Shown: in pieces, positions 24,901 to 38,315 of the stretch
Numbering within the stretch: position 1 is the first letter of the stretch
Layout of the letters: every line of letters starts with the position of its first letter
Assembly: GCF_006345805.1 (NCBI RefSeq)
Contig: NC_042998.1
Coordinates: forward strand, 82,088,001-82,152,000
Source: Octopus sinensis
Lineage: Eukaryota
Length of the DNA stretch: 64,000 nucleotides
Reading direction: 5' to 3'
Position numbers and translations under genes: made by a program
Notes under the pieces: model-generated
The model's input: only the letters and a program-made list of their open reading frames with translations
Told to the model about the DNA's origin: nothing
Database searches by the model: none

Positions 24901-25624
24901 TGAAGTAGGTATTAATGAACTAAATTGAGCCCAGTACTATGTGCTTTATTCTACCGAAGCTGAATGGATCAAAGGCAATGTCGATTTCGGCCACAGAATA
25001 CAACATATCTCTAGAAATACTATGTGGAATTTTGTCCGAAACTTTAATGATCCACTGTCCCTTGATTATTTCTTACATAAGCAGATGGTCACTAAATTGG
25101 GTGCGGGTCGTATTGCCGATTATATGTTGTTTCTCGAGCGTGGCAGGTAATTATTTTATCGACTCGAAGAAGAGGAGATATGAAGTCGGTGGGATTTGAA
25201 CACAAAATGTATAGTAATGCAACTAAATATCGTAAAGTGTTTTGTCCAGCGATCTAACAATGTCACCAATTCGCCTCCTAAATGTAATAAATAATAGAAA
25301 TGAAATACAAACTAAACGTTAAAACATATTATTTTATGAAATATTGGTGAATTGGTAGATTTGAGAGATTTAGGTAACAAACGTAAACTCCTTTCTTTTT
25401 CAACAAATTGTTATCGCTCACTACAAACACGGTCTCTCAGAACCACATTACGTTAGATACAGTGTGTATTTATTCCTTATTCTTTTATCCATGAGAAAAG
25501 ATAATACATTTGACCTTACTAATGAAGAAGATGTCTCAAACTGGAAGCATTATCTGATTTTTCAAAAGAGAGTGAACATCGCTAAAGGCACCGCAGTTGC
25601 TAGGTGGAGATGTTGAGCAAGACG

Positions 25625-26025
25625 ACATAGAGAGGACTAAACATAGAGGGGACAAACAAGGACAGACAAAGGGACTAAATCAATTGCATCGACTCCAGTG
25701 CGTAACTGGTACTTATTTCATTGACCCCCAAAATATGAAAGGCAAACTCGACCTCGGTGGAATTTGAACTCAGAACGTAGCGGCAGACAAAATACCTATT
25801 TCTTTACTACCCACAAGGGGCTAAACACAGAGAGGACAAACAAGGACAAACGGATTAAGTCGATTATATCGATCCCAGTGCGTAACTGGTAATTATTTAA
25901 TCGACCCCGAAAGGATGAAAGGCAAAGTCGACCTCGTCGGAATTTGAACTCAGAACGTAACGGCAGACAAAATACTGCTAAGCATTTCACCCGGCGTGAT
26001 AACGTTTCTGCCAGCTCGCCGCCCT
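25625..26025 (-). mobile_element. Two tandem family A SINEs with the ...gtttagccccttgtggg tail
   Basis: Diagnostic body plus the cacaaggggctaaacacagag tail. Confidence 0.85.
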
Positions 26026-27319
26026 AAGAAGGCGTCATATTAATTGTACGACATTAGTAGGCCACAGCGGAATTTGAACTCAAACCTCAAGAAGAGGGGA
26101 GGAATAATATAACCATCTGGTTGGACATTTTTACTGTTCTGCCAATCCACCATACTGTGTTAGAATTCCACCTATTGAAATGAAGGTAGAAAGGCCATTG
26201 GAATGAAGGTAGAAAGCTGCATGAATATTCCAAAAGCCCTTGTGTAAGCTGAAATTAATAACTTCATAGTTTTCCCGACTTACTTCGACGCTGTTGTAGA
26301 ACATGATAGATGTGCTTCTAACTTTAGTAAAAGAAAACAAAACATTAACGTCTGACCTAACAACAAGATCCATAGGAGTGAAAATGCGTGTCCTAGTGGT
26401 AAGTTTTCTCGGCTCACGCTCATAAAGTCGTGGGTTCAAATTCTGCACAGACTGACGCATTATGTTCGTTAGAAATGCTCATCATTTCATGCTGCTCCAG
26501 TTTACTCAACATTATTGAGCACCAGTTAGCTGCGGGTTCAGCTTTCTTCCCATCAAGCTGTTACTTCCTGGATGTTCCACTGGGTCAAGTGTGAGAAAAC
26601 TAAACGAGTACCTATGCCGGCTTACGAGTACATAGGCTCTTAAAGCAGTTAGCTAAGGCTGGTACTTGTTTCATATAGCTAAGACATACTCGCCCGCGTG
26701 TGACATCTGAATGTAAATATGTGCATACAGAATAAATCTATGTACATGTGTACATGCAGTATAAATATAATCATCAGTCAAAGAATTAAACAATGCAAAT
26801 TTCATATTTACAATATTCCTGTAGTTTTATTTTCATTGTTTATCTCGCCTGTTTTTATTTTGTTTTCACATTCTGCTTAACAAATGATTAATGCCAATAT
26901 TTGCAAAGTGCTTAAGTCTGTGTAATTTTATTTACATGTTTCTAAAAGTTAAAATTTGCAGTAAAAAATAATCAAATAAATATGCTTTTGGGGAATATTT
27001 ATTTAAGAAAGTTTCATTTTCAGGAATCTAAAACATCTGAATGTTTTATTTCGTTTATATTTTATCTGTTATTTTATAAATGATGGCAGATTTACCGGAG
27101 GAAACGTTGAGTTATTTCCATAATATATTTCTGAAAGGGGTTAATAATATGATTAAAGTTTAACTGTTGCAGGATTTTAAAACAATACTGACTTTCCAGC
27201 CGTGTGGTTCAAGGTTCGATATCAATACGTGTTATGGACCTATCCTAGGCAGAAAAGTTGGGTGGTGAATAGTGTATTCATATTTTACACAGAGCTCGGG
27301 CGTATATATATGTTCTTTT

Positions 27320-27677
27320 ACTCCTTTACTTGTTTCAGTCATTTGACTGCAGCCATGCTAGAGCACCACCTTTAGTCAAGACAATCAATCCCAGGACTTA
27401 TTCTTTGTAGGCCTAGTACATATTATATCGTTCTTTTGTTTTGCCAAACCCCTAGGTTACGGGGAAGTAAACACACCAGCACCGGCTGGGGAAAAACACG
27501 CACGCAAAAAGATACACACACACACACATGTATATACGACAAGCTTCTTTCAGTTTCAGTCTACCAAATCCACTCACAAGGCTTTAGTCGGTCAGAGAAT
27601 ATAGCAGAAGACACTTACCCAAGGTTCCACGCAGTGGGACTGAACCCGGAACCATGTGGTTGGTAAGCAAGCTACTT
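27320..27677 (-). mobile_element. Family B SINE lacking its extreme 5' head
   Basis: The body and 3' part are present. The head stops at gtaagcaagctactt (27663-27677). Confidence 0.85.
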
Positions 27678-28185
27678 TCTTTAATAAACTTTGCCATGAA
27701 GGCTCATCCAGTGGAGTTATTTCGTGAATTATTTCGACCAACATACTCGGCCGAAATTAATTCTACACACAAAAATAAATAAATTAAAAATCGCCAAAAG
27801 GGAAACCTATTATGTCTTTTTTTCCTCTACATGAATACAACAGTTCAAATCCCACCCCCACTGGGGGCGGGGTGCAACAATAAAGCCTACAACGGCTTTG
27901 ATAATTTGGATCTTTTCCTTTTGAACGGCAGAATGTTGTTTACCTATATAAATAAATAAACCCAATCTGTTTCTTAAAGGAGGGACATATTCATGTGGCA
28001 CAGAATGTTGTTTACCTAAATGGAGGTCAGCGATTGGTTAAAATTGCTGAAATGCAAGAAATTTTAGACGAAATATGTTACAACCTATAGAATTTTCTCA
28101 ATAAAGCCAAGAGAAAATGATGTTTTGTAAACACATTCTACCAGTATACGAAGTTAAAAATTTTTTTAGTTACCTAGAAATTATG

Positions 28186-28780
28186 TTACAAACTGCCGTT
28201 CAAAGGAACATCTTCTTCAAGTTTCTCTTGCATATCAACATAGAATTGTTTGTGCTTTCGCTTGTCATCTGTCGTTATGGCCTGAACGAGCTGCAGCTTG
28301 TAGGGTTTCATTAGCAAGCGTCTTGACAGGACGCTCCAAACTGTCGTTGGAGGAATCTTGTTTTCCAGACTTGTTCTTCTTATGAACATCTTGGGGATTC
28401 ACAAGAGTTTTGAACCCGCTCGACCGTCTCTTCCGATGTTAGTGGTCGTGCAGATCTTTTTGCCAGGCACAGAGAGCATTCCTCTTTGAAATTATTGTAC
28501 CATGTTCAAATCTGCATTGCCGTTGATGCCATTTTAGAGGACTCTCTCACAAATGCACGCTGCACAGTCTTGTTCGAGGGTGTTCGAGCATACTCCAACA
28601 CACAAAACGTATTTTCTCTTCCAGTAAATGCCATTTTTATACATGAAAATATAAACATATCAAGCATTAAACATAAACTGTTGACCTATTTCTACACATG
28701 CTGTTAAAATTTGAAGTCATTTGAACAAGAACTGTCAAAGTTATCAGATTGCGAAATATCACATTTTTTCAAACACCCTA
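28186..28780 (-). mobile_element. Tc1/mariner-superfamily transposase N-terminal relic with one putative terminus
   Basis: ATG at 28634 gives MAFTGRENTFCVLEYARTPSNKTVQRAFV, then IPPTTVWSVLSRRLLMKPYKLQLVQA. A tagggtgtttgaaaaaa-like end lies near 28780. No catalytic domain or partner TIR was seen. Confidence 0.7.
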
Positions 28781-30699
28781 TTTGTTTGTTTGTTTGTTTG
28801 TTTGTTTGTATGTATGTATGTATGTATGTATGTATGTATGTATGTATGTCTATCTATCTATCTATATATCTATCTCTCCATAAACATGTGTATGTGTGCG
28901 TGTTTATGTGTGTGTACCATTATATCGGTGCTGGTTTAGAGAATATAGTTTCGGAAATTGCCTCAGTACTTTTGTACAGGCTCTATAATGCAGAGTTCAA
29001 TTCCCAAAAGCATCAACTTTGCCTTTCATCTCTTAGGGCAGATAGACTAAATATCAGTTCAGTGCTGTGGACCATGTAATCTACCAACCTCCTCCACCAG
29101 TAAATTCCTGGCGTTATCCCTTAATTACAACATGTATACGCGTGTGCATGTTTATGAATATATTCATGTTTAAGCCATTTCCAATTCATTCATATTCTAT
29201 GCATTTATTACTTCCCTCGTGGATGAGTCAAATAATAATTACATATCCTCAGCCATCTTTATCTTTATTACTACCTTTATTGAATAAAATTATTTTAATA
29301 ACCATTTGCATTGACGCTCCTGGCATATCCCCGTTCAGAAGCTGCTTTCACAAACTTATATGTATAATCTGTTATTTGTATAATATACATATAATTTATT
29401 TATTGTTTGAAAGTGAGATACTACAAAAATAAAACTAGATATTAAATTTTGTTGTTTTATCATAAAACTTGTCCTTTTCTTTTATATATTCTTACCAGAT
29501 GTTTCGTGCGTAAATATCACGTTAGCAATGTTTTCCGTGGATATTTGAATAGTTTATTTATGTGTTGATATCTCATCTGTCGGTTCAATTAATATCACAC
29601 TTCACCACCATCTGATAGTATTCTGATGGCATTAACTATTGTAATAATTCCTTATTGTAGTGACTTTAGTGAGCAGCTCCAAAGATATGATGTTTATATC
29701 CATAAACACAATAAAATAACTGTATTTGTGTTATCATGCCCACACATAAACACACAGATATAGATATGTACTATGTAAACATATATTGATATATGTTCAC
29801 ACGCACACACACACACAACATATATATATATATATATGTGATATATCTGTGTGTTTGTGTGTGTGCGTGCGTGCATACATGAGGGATGTATGTAAAAGAT
29901 TATGAGTGAAAGTTTTAACATGATATAATAGAAAAAAATTTCCTCGAAATACCATACCAGAAACCAATTGCTATCTGACAGTTTATTATAACTAGAAGTG
30001 ATCTTGAATAATTTAGTACAAGGAGCTGGTTTCAATCATAATGATAATGCTTTCAAATTTTGGCAAAAGGCCAACGACCTTTGGGGTGGGGTTAGGTCGA
30101 TTACATCTACCCCAGTTCTCAACTGGTACTTACTTGATCAACACAGAAATGCAGTCAACCTCGTCGCAATCAATACTAATATTAATGATATATCCATATA
30201 AATGTAAATTTTATATGTGTGTGTGTATGTATGCATTTATACGTATATGTATATATGTTCATGTTTGTGTGTGCAAGTGAAAACAACGAGACACTTACGT
30301 AACATTGTATATTCTTTTTTACTCTAGGCACAAGGCAAGAACTTTTGCGTGAGAGGGCCAATCGATTAGATCGACCCCAGTACGCAACTGGTACTTAATT
30401 TATTGACAAAGTCGACCTCGGCAGAATTTGAACTCAAAACATAAAGACATACGAAATACTGATAAGCATTTCGCCCGGCGTGCCAATGTTTCTGCCAGCT
30501 CACCGCCTTTATAACTTTCTATATTATCATTTGATATCGCACATGAAAGTAGTATATATTTATATTCAATAAGGTCTTTAGTTTTAATTGTGCTACTATC
30601 ACTTCCAATCAAACAAAACCTTTTAAGGTAGTAGTTTGTCTTATATGTATAACATTTTCTCCTGAGGTGAAAGGGAAACGACAAGGAGAAAGAAAGATA

Positions 30700-31991
30700 C
30701 CAGGGGCGTTCAATAAGTAATGCCCCTGACCCACTTCCCATAGCAGTAGAGCAACGAAACGTGGAACAGTTATTGGTCTTTTTCTACATAGGAACCACTC
30801 AGAGTTACGCATTTCTCCCATCGTTTGATGCAGCTCTGAAGACCGTTTTTGTAGAAGACCCCAGCTTGGTCCTCCAACCACGACGTGACTTCATAAATCA
30901 AGGCTGCATCATCTGGGAAACGCTTTCCTTTCAAAAACAACTTCATGGCTGGGAAGAGGTGAAAATCAGAGGGTGCAAGGTCAGGAGAGTAGGGGAGATG
31001 GGGGATGAGTTCATAGCCGCACGCCTGTGCTTCTGATCTGGCGACACGCGAGTTGTGGATCGGAGCGTTGTCCTGCAGGAGGAGGATGCCTTTGCTGATC
31101 TTGCCCCGCCTTTTGATTTTGATAGCTTCTCTTAATTTCCTCAAAAGTGAAGCATAATAGACTCCTGTAATTGTGGCACCCTTTGACAGGAAATCTGTCT
31201 TCACTACTCCGTCCTGATCCCAGAAGACTGTAAGCATGACCTTGCCAGCGGAGGGCTGCACCCTTGCCTTCTTTGGAGGGGGTGAGTCACGGTGCTTCCA
31301 CTGCATTGACTGGGCTTTGGTCTCTGGATCATAGTGATGGACCCAGGTTTTATCCTATGCAATCAGTCTTTTGAAAAATTTTGACTCATCTTCTTGGCAC
31401 ATCTCCAAATTCATCCTCGAGCAATCGACGCATTCTTGCTTCTGGAAAGGTGTGAGCAACCTGGGAATCCATCTGGCAGACACCTTTTGCATATGCAAAT
31501 GGTCATGAATGATAGTTTCCACAGACCCGGTACTAATCTTGACGTCATGGGCTATTTGGCGAATAGTTATGCGTCGATCTTCCAAAATGGCAGCCTCAAC
31601 TTCACGGACAGAGGCCTCATCAATGGCAGAAGGGGGCGACCAGATCTGGGAGCTGTTTCCACAGAGTTCCGACCATGTTTGAATTCACGATGCCAGGGTT
31701 TTACAGGGTCATATAATGGGGCATCATCACCATTAGTTACTTTCATTTCATCAAAAGTCTCCCGTGGTGTGCGTCCTTTCAAATACAAAAACCGGATCAC
31801 TGCTCGACACTCAACATGCTCCATTTCACACTTGACTCAGTTCAAACACCTGTAAATCGAAAACCACAATTAGTTCAGAGCTGTAATTTGCCACTTTATC
31901 TATAGAGATATAAATAATTGCACATGAAAAATTTCGGCTAGATCAAACAACTGCAAATGGGTCAGAGGCATTACTTATTGAACGCCCCTCG
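30700..31991 (-). mobile_element. Full-length mariner element (1292 bp) with 34-bp TIRs and TA duplication
   Basis: Left ccaggggcgttcaataagtaatgcccctgaccca versus right (reverse complement) cgaggggcgttcaataagtaatgcctctgaccca, 2 mismatches. TA at 30698-30699 and 31992-31993. Confidence 0.95.
30770..31824 (-). pseudogene. Mariner D,D34D transposase with one frameshift (~31634) and one TAG (31355-31357)
   Basis: HTH N-terminus, WIPRLL, DKTWVHHYDPE, QDNA, then 34 residues to the D in YSPDLAPSDFHLF. Confidence 0.93.
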
Positions 31992-32098
31992 TATATGATG
32001 AAGAGAAAACTTGAAAGTGAAATGAAATAGAAATGAGAAACGCAGAAGACAATATGTAGATGTAATGCCGTTGAAGATAATAAACAGGATATAAGTAC

Positions 32099-32144
<46 letters not shown>

Positions 32145-32721
32145 AGGTGAATAATTGTGTTCTTTTCTATGCATATACATTTGTATCCCTTATGGCAGTA
32201 TTTAGCTGGTATGGCATCTCTTCAGGAAGCTGACAGATATCTCATGTGTTAGGAATGAAATCTTATTTTAAGCAAAATTTGCTATTTTCGAAACCATGTT
32301 AGTGAAAACTTGCTTATATTTTATACTATTTATATTATTTTCGCCCCAATAAAGTTTTAACCGCATGGGTGACTTGATATTATTTATGAAAATATTTCGT
32401 ACGGTTGCAGTTGATCCCAATTTTGCTGCCTATTCCTACATCAATCGCAACAGTGACCGTAATTCATAATTTCTATTGAGTTCCGAAATCTGTACATTAC
32501 TATATAGTGTGCGTTACATACAATACACAGGCCTTGCCTCATACCTCTGGAGAATAACATAATTCTCAAAAAATCTTCTTTCTCAGTGGCAGCTTGACTT
32601 GCTAGAAAATTGCGACCAAATCTCGTTCGGATTGCAAACTAGTGCCACGATACATATATATATATTTATAAATCAATAAATGGTGGGGTTGTGTTGACCG
32701 CACGTGGAGAAATGATAGGCG

Positions 32722-33127
32722 AGGAAAAATTATAAAAAGGCAGAAAATAAAAAGATTATTTTAAAAATATTAACTTTAACCGGTTTACATCGCAAAGCAA
32801 ATTTTCAAAAATTGAAAGGTGAAAAGAATTCTTTTTTTTAAATTGAAGAAGGGGAAAAAAGAAATTTACAATGTTTTTTCAAAAAAAAAAAAAATAAACA
32901 TATACAAAAATTAAAAAATAAGTATAATTTTTGTATATGCTTATTATTTCTTTTTTCCCCTTCCTCAATTTAAAAAAAATTTTCTTTTCGCCTTTCAATT
33001 CTTGAAAATTTGCTTTGCGATGAAAACCGATTAGAGTTAATTTTCTTTTTTCTTTTTCTAATTTTTCATACACCCATTTTTATTAAAATTTACCTTCAAC
33101 TTAGCATTCTGCCTTTTTATAATTTTT

Positions 33128-33130
<3 letters not shown>
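32722..33130. repeat. Nested foldback/palindromic element (~410 bp)
   Basis: Outer arms aggaaaaattataaaaaggcagaa / ttctgcctttttataatttttctt. ~98-bp inner arms at 32768-32865 and 32946-33043. Perfect 15-bp central hairpin at 32899-32913 and 32925-32939. Confidence 0.9.
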
Positions 33131-33160
<30 letters not shown>

Positions 33161-33692
33161 GTATAACTTGACATAACGTATTTGTTAGGGTAAAGAACAG
33201 CTAAATATATTGCCGGATCACGCTCTACGTTTTTCAGCTAAAAGTTGATGGAAGGAGCAATGAGAAAAATCTTACTTATTTTCCACGTATTACCGAAATT
33301 TACCTTAGATTTTGTTGTGTGGAAGTAGAACACTTTTATTGGTTGGCTCCTAATGGACTGTGCCACAATATAAATGGATATACGCAGATAGTTTTGAGGC
33401 GATAAGCCGAGAGTAAACGGAAAAAAACCAAAAGAAAGGAAAAAAACCGACGGGTCGAACACGAACCCAAAAATATATCATCATATAATTTTAAAATTCA
33501 TTTCGGTTTCATTATATTCTAAGGTATAACCCCAGCCCCTAAATGTTTTTGTTATATCCTTGTGTTGTCCCGTCTGTGTCATGGTATGTGTGCCGAATAA
33601 AGAAATTAGTTAAGCCGAGAGTTGCGTATTGTCATGAGTTATTACCAGTATCTTGAGTAGAACGATTTGTAAGGACATTACTATCCAGTTAT

Positions 33693-34086
33693 GGGAATGG
33701 AATGGAAGCACTCCGTCGGTTACGACGACGAGGGTTCCGGTTGATCCGAATCAACGGAACAGCCTGCTCGTGAAATTTACGTGTAAGTGGCTGAGCACTC
33801 CACAGACACGTGTACTCTTAACGTAGTTCTCGGGGATATTCAGCGTGACACAGAGAGTGACAAGGCCGGCCCTTTGAAATACAGGTACAACAGAAATAGG
33901 AAGTAAGAGTGAGAGAAAGTTGTGGTGAAAGAGTACAGCAGGGATCACCACCATCCACTGCCAGAGCCTCGTGGAGCTTTCAGGTGTTTTCGCTCAATAA
34001 ACACTCACAACGCCCGGTCTGGGAATCGAAACCGCGATCCTATGACCGCGAGTCCGCTGCCCTAACCACTGGGCCATTGCGCCTCC
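33693..34086 (-). mobile_element. tRNA-like SINE family C (head ggaggcgcaatggcccagtgg) with an 11-bp TSD
   Basis: A and B box-like head and (TTCCA)n tail. TSD tatccagttat at 33682-33692 and 34090-34100. Confidence 0.9.
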
Positions 34087-34342
34087 ACTTATCCAGTTAT
34101 ATCGTACGTCGAACCGTGCGAAACAACAGATTTCTTCTTGCACCAACACGCTTATTTCTTTTTGGTTCTTAAAAAAAAGCACCTCCGGTTGCGATGTTTG
34201 AGTTTCGGATTGCGTAGTTTCTCATTTTCCAAAGAAACGTTCATCGACAAGATTTTCAAGGTTTACTTCTCACACCATACATCTCTTAAATACGTCATAT
34301 TTTGATGAAGCATTATATATTTTGGTAGAGCCCTGCTCCAAC

Positions 34343-34700
34343 GGAGGTGCAATGGCCCAGTGGTTAGGACAGCGGACTTGCTGTCATAGGATCGCGGTTT
34401 CGATTCCCAGATGTGAGTGTTTATTGAGCGAAATCACTTAAAGCTCCACGAAGCACTGGCAGGGGGTTGTGGTAAACCCCGCTGTATTCTTTCACCGCAG
34501 CTTTCTCTCACTCTTTCTTCCTGTTTCTGTTGCACCTGTATTTCAAAGGGCCATCCTCGTCACACACTGTGTCACGCGGAGAACTACGTTAGGGGTACAC
34601 GTGTCTCTAGAGTGCTTAGCCACTTGCACGTTAATTTCACGAGCAGGCTGTTCCGTTGATTGGATCAAATGGAACCCACGTCGTAGTAACCAACGGAGAG
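34343..34700 (+). mobile_element. SINE family C, head-to-head with the previous copy
   Basis: Same body. TSD cctg(c/g)tccaac at 34332-34342 and 34701-34711. Confidence 0.9.
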
Positions 34701-35524
34701 CCTGGTCCAACAGGGTCACCAATGATCGTTACACCTGGTAGAATCATGGATTATATATACCTCAAATCATACCCTACTTAATTGTGTGTGTATAAGATAA
34801 TGGAGTAAATAATAATATAGCAGCTATGATTGCTAGAAATAGCAACCAAAACTCATTATGCGCACACTCTACTATTTTTATATCAGTATAGACGCATAAA
34901 TCGACAAAGATGCGTTCTATAGTGGCTACATGAACTAGAAATATAGAGTCCAACGCATCTCTACAGAGCTCCCAAATCAAAAAATAAAAGACATAACTGG
35001 GCATCGAAGAAATACATTTCTACTGCAGATCTGTATCTCATTCCCACTCACCACCAAAAATATGAGGACATTTCTACTCGAAACAGTGAACAGAGTAGAC
35101 TCTCAGTGAACTCCAAACTGTCAAATTTATAAAACTCAAAGCATAGATAAAAAAAGAGAGAGAATTAAACTTATATTGTAATGATATAACCAGGTTACAA
35201 AGATATATCGTTCAGGAATGCATTCTCATCAACAAACTACATGAACAACCATAATTGTGATTTCTGATATAAGCTCAAACCAGGTATTCTTATAGTCGGG
35301 CGGTAATCAATACCACCGATCAAAATACGTAAATAGTGTGTTACATAATCAGTCCCAGATGAAAGAAAGACAAAGGTGACCACAACGGGATTTGAGTTTA
35401 GAATGTAAAGTCTCGGAATAAATACCGCAAAATATTTATCTAATACTGCCAACAGCCCGTATAACACTCTTAATAATGGTTTCAAAGTTTGGTACAATGC
35501 CAGAAATTTTGAGAAAAATGGCTA

Positions 35525-35890
35525 GTCGATTACATTTTTCTACTCTACCTACAAGGCCCGAAATATTTGGGGAGGGGGCCAGTCGATTAGATCGACCCCA
35601 GTATACAACCGGTACTTAATTTAGTGACCCCGAAAGGATGAAAGGTAACGTCGACCTCGGCGGAATTTGGATTCAGAAAGTAAAGACATACGAAATACTG
35701 CTAAGCATTTCGCCTGGCATGCTAACGTTTCTGCCAGCTCGCCGCCTTGCTAGTTGATTACATTGACCCGAAGATTGAACTGACATTTATTTTATAGACC
35801 CTGAAAAGGAATGAAATGCAAAGTCGACCTCGGAAGTATATGAATTCAGAGCATAAGGAGGGACGATATACCGCTAAGCATTTTAGCGCT
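35525..35890 (-). mobile_element. Family A SINE copies (35525-35750 and partial 35760-35890)
   Basis: Diagnostic blocks gtcgacctcgg and ctgccagctcgccgcc. Confidence 0.8.
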
Positions 35891-37225
35891 CTTAACAATA
35901 ACGACAATAATAATAATAATCTTTTCCACCTAGGATAAAAAATCAAATACTTACAATACAATGCCTATCACAAATTGGTTACAAATCCTCTGTGAATGCA
36001 CATATTTATAATAACCGGACCTGTGGAAAATACAACTTGTCGCATGATGAAATTTACTGCACAAAGCAAACACAAATAAAAAGAAATAAACTTACCAAAT
36101 CACAATCTACTTTACTAGAAAATTATTCCCTTTGTGTAATATTCAGCTTAGCTGGCTTATCCCCACAGTCCCGCCCGGAAACTTGTGGATGCGGAGCACT
36201 TTTCCACTCACAAACGTAATTAGAAGTCTAGATTTGGTGTCCTTTTCAACATTTATTGTGACCCTAGTGTTATTCAGACCCATGTATTAGGGTGCAATGC
36301 AGTGAACAGTTATACAGCGTCTAACTCTGCATACCTCCTTGTTTGGTCTTCAGTCTTACTAAACTAGTCAAAAGCTTCAATACGATTTTCCTAGGCGATA
36401 CAGTGCACCGTCTGTTGCATATTGATCCGTTTTTTTCTGACTTCTCTTTCAAGGTCAAAATGAATACTACCACAGTGCTTGTTAAACAAGCGTGATATCA
36501 ATTTTGTGCCCAATTTTTCTGGATGAAAAAATCGAGCAACGAAACAGAATATTTTCTTTTGATGGATTTTTTTCTATCTCTCTTTGGAATTACTTTTAAA
36601 CGGAAATAAATATTGTTGTTAGTGAGTGTGCTGTTGGTATTCGTGCTGTAATTTTTTAATGAATTTAATATTTCCAATCTCTGTTCCTTCTTTTGTATTC
36701 TATTGTAGAAAATACATGTGCAAACGTTTAGATTTGTATCTCTATATATAGATTTTTCATATTTTCAACATCTATTTCTTATTTAATTCTGTTATTTACT
36801 TTGAAAATACATTCTGAGCGTCTTTATTGACGTTACTGTTATCATGCCTCTGGCTATCACTGCCTTCCGCTGCTTCTGATGTGACTATCTAGCAAAGCAT
36901 GTAAATACGGCAAGTTGTTATTTACTAAAAGTCACGTAAACAGTTTACTTTATTGGTTATTGGAACGCATGTATCAAAGGATGACAACTTAGAGTTTTGA
37001 TGAATTTGCATTAAATATTCCTTGACCGAAGACTACCTGCTATGGAAACTCTAAAGAATCAATTTTCCAACGAAAACAATACGTAAACAACTGATGACAC
37101 ATCACGAATATTGCAGAGTTCTACTATGAAAACATCATGAAATAGGTAGAGACAAAATAAACAAGTAGCTGTCTCTTGTATTTCGCAATATACTAAATAT
37201 CTTGTACAAAATACGGGAGAAATAT

Positions 37226-37303
<78 letters not shown>

Positions 37304-37914
37304 AACAGTTATTACAAGGTAGTGGCTTTGAAACTAGAGTTTAACCTCATCAATTGCTACTTTGACCAAGTGTCTTTTGCTGTACCAGTGAAATTTGGTA
37401 TACGTACAAATTTGCATATATATGCATACATATTTATACATATATCGATAGAGAAATGAAGAAAGACAGAAAGACAGACAGCAAGCCTGATAAATATTTA
37501 GATAAATAGATAGATAGATAGTTAAATAGAAAGACAGATGTACAGGCAGATGGATGAAGGACGGAATAGCATTAATATCATTCAGATGGGACAAAAAACC
37601 ACATAATACACGGAGACAGACGTATGAAAACAGGAAAATAAAATAGCATAGAAATATAAAGCGATAATGCAAAAAATCAAATGAGTGTACAATGAAGCTA
37701 AATACATCAAAGGAAGAAGCAGAAGAAAACTTGGCGTTTCGAGTGAAACCTTTCATCAAACAGAGGAAGGAGAATTAAAAGTTCCAGAGAATTAGAAACT
37801 ATGTACGAAATACCAAATACAGGTAACGTCCATATTTCCTAGAATTGTTCTTCATATTCTGTTTTACTCGTTTTACGAAAACGCTTATGCTTATTATTTT
37901 TATTTTCAATATTA

Positions 37915-38300
37915 TCGTTAAGTTGACGAGCTGGCGGACTAGTTAAAGGTAAAATAGTTAAAATGCGTAACATCATTTGTTCCGGTTATTTATGTTGTGA
38001 GTAGGAATCTCCCTGAGATCAACTTTACTTTTCATCCTCTCAGAATGGAGACAATAAAGCACCAATCAGTTACTGAAATCAATATTACTTACTACTCTTA
38101 CCCCCTACAATTACTGGCCTTGTGCCGAAACGCTAATAAACAGTGAGCCGAGCGAATAGCACGCCGTGCAAAGTGCTTAAGAGCAGTTTGTCTTTGCTTT
38201 CTGAGTTCAAATTTCACCGAAGTCGGAATTTCATCCTTTCGAGGTCGATTAGTACACTCCCCACAAAATTTCAGGCCTTGTGCCTTTAGTAGAGAAACTT
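37915..38300 (+). mobile_element. Two decayed family A SINEs
   Basis: gagctggcgg ... ggccttgtgcc pattern occurs twice. Confidence 0.7.
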
Positions 38301-38315
38301 ATTATTTACATTATT

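Noticed and set aside
30761-31855. Plus-strand ORFs over the mariner
   Set aside because: They are antisense shadows of the transposase.
34343-34415. tRNA genes at SINE heads (also 34015-34086, 40125-40194 and ~26380-26450)
   Set aside because: A and B boxes are present, but the sequence continues into SINE bodies with tails and TSDs, and no complete cloverleaf could be drawn.
36230-36450. Possible RTE relic on the minus strand (LYNCSLHCTLIHGSE)
   Set aside because: Too short and decayed to call.
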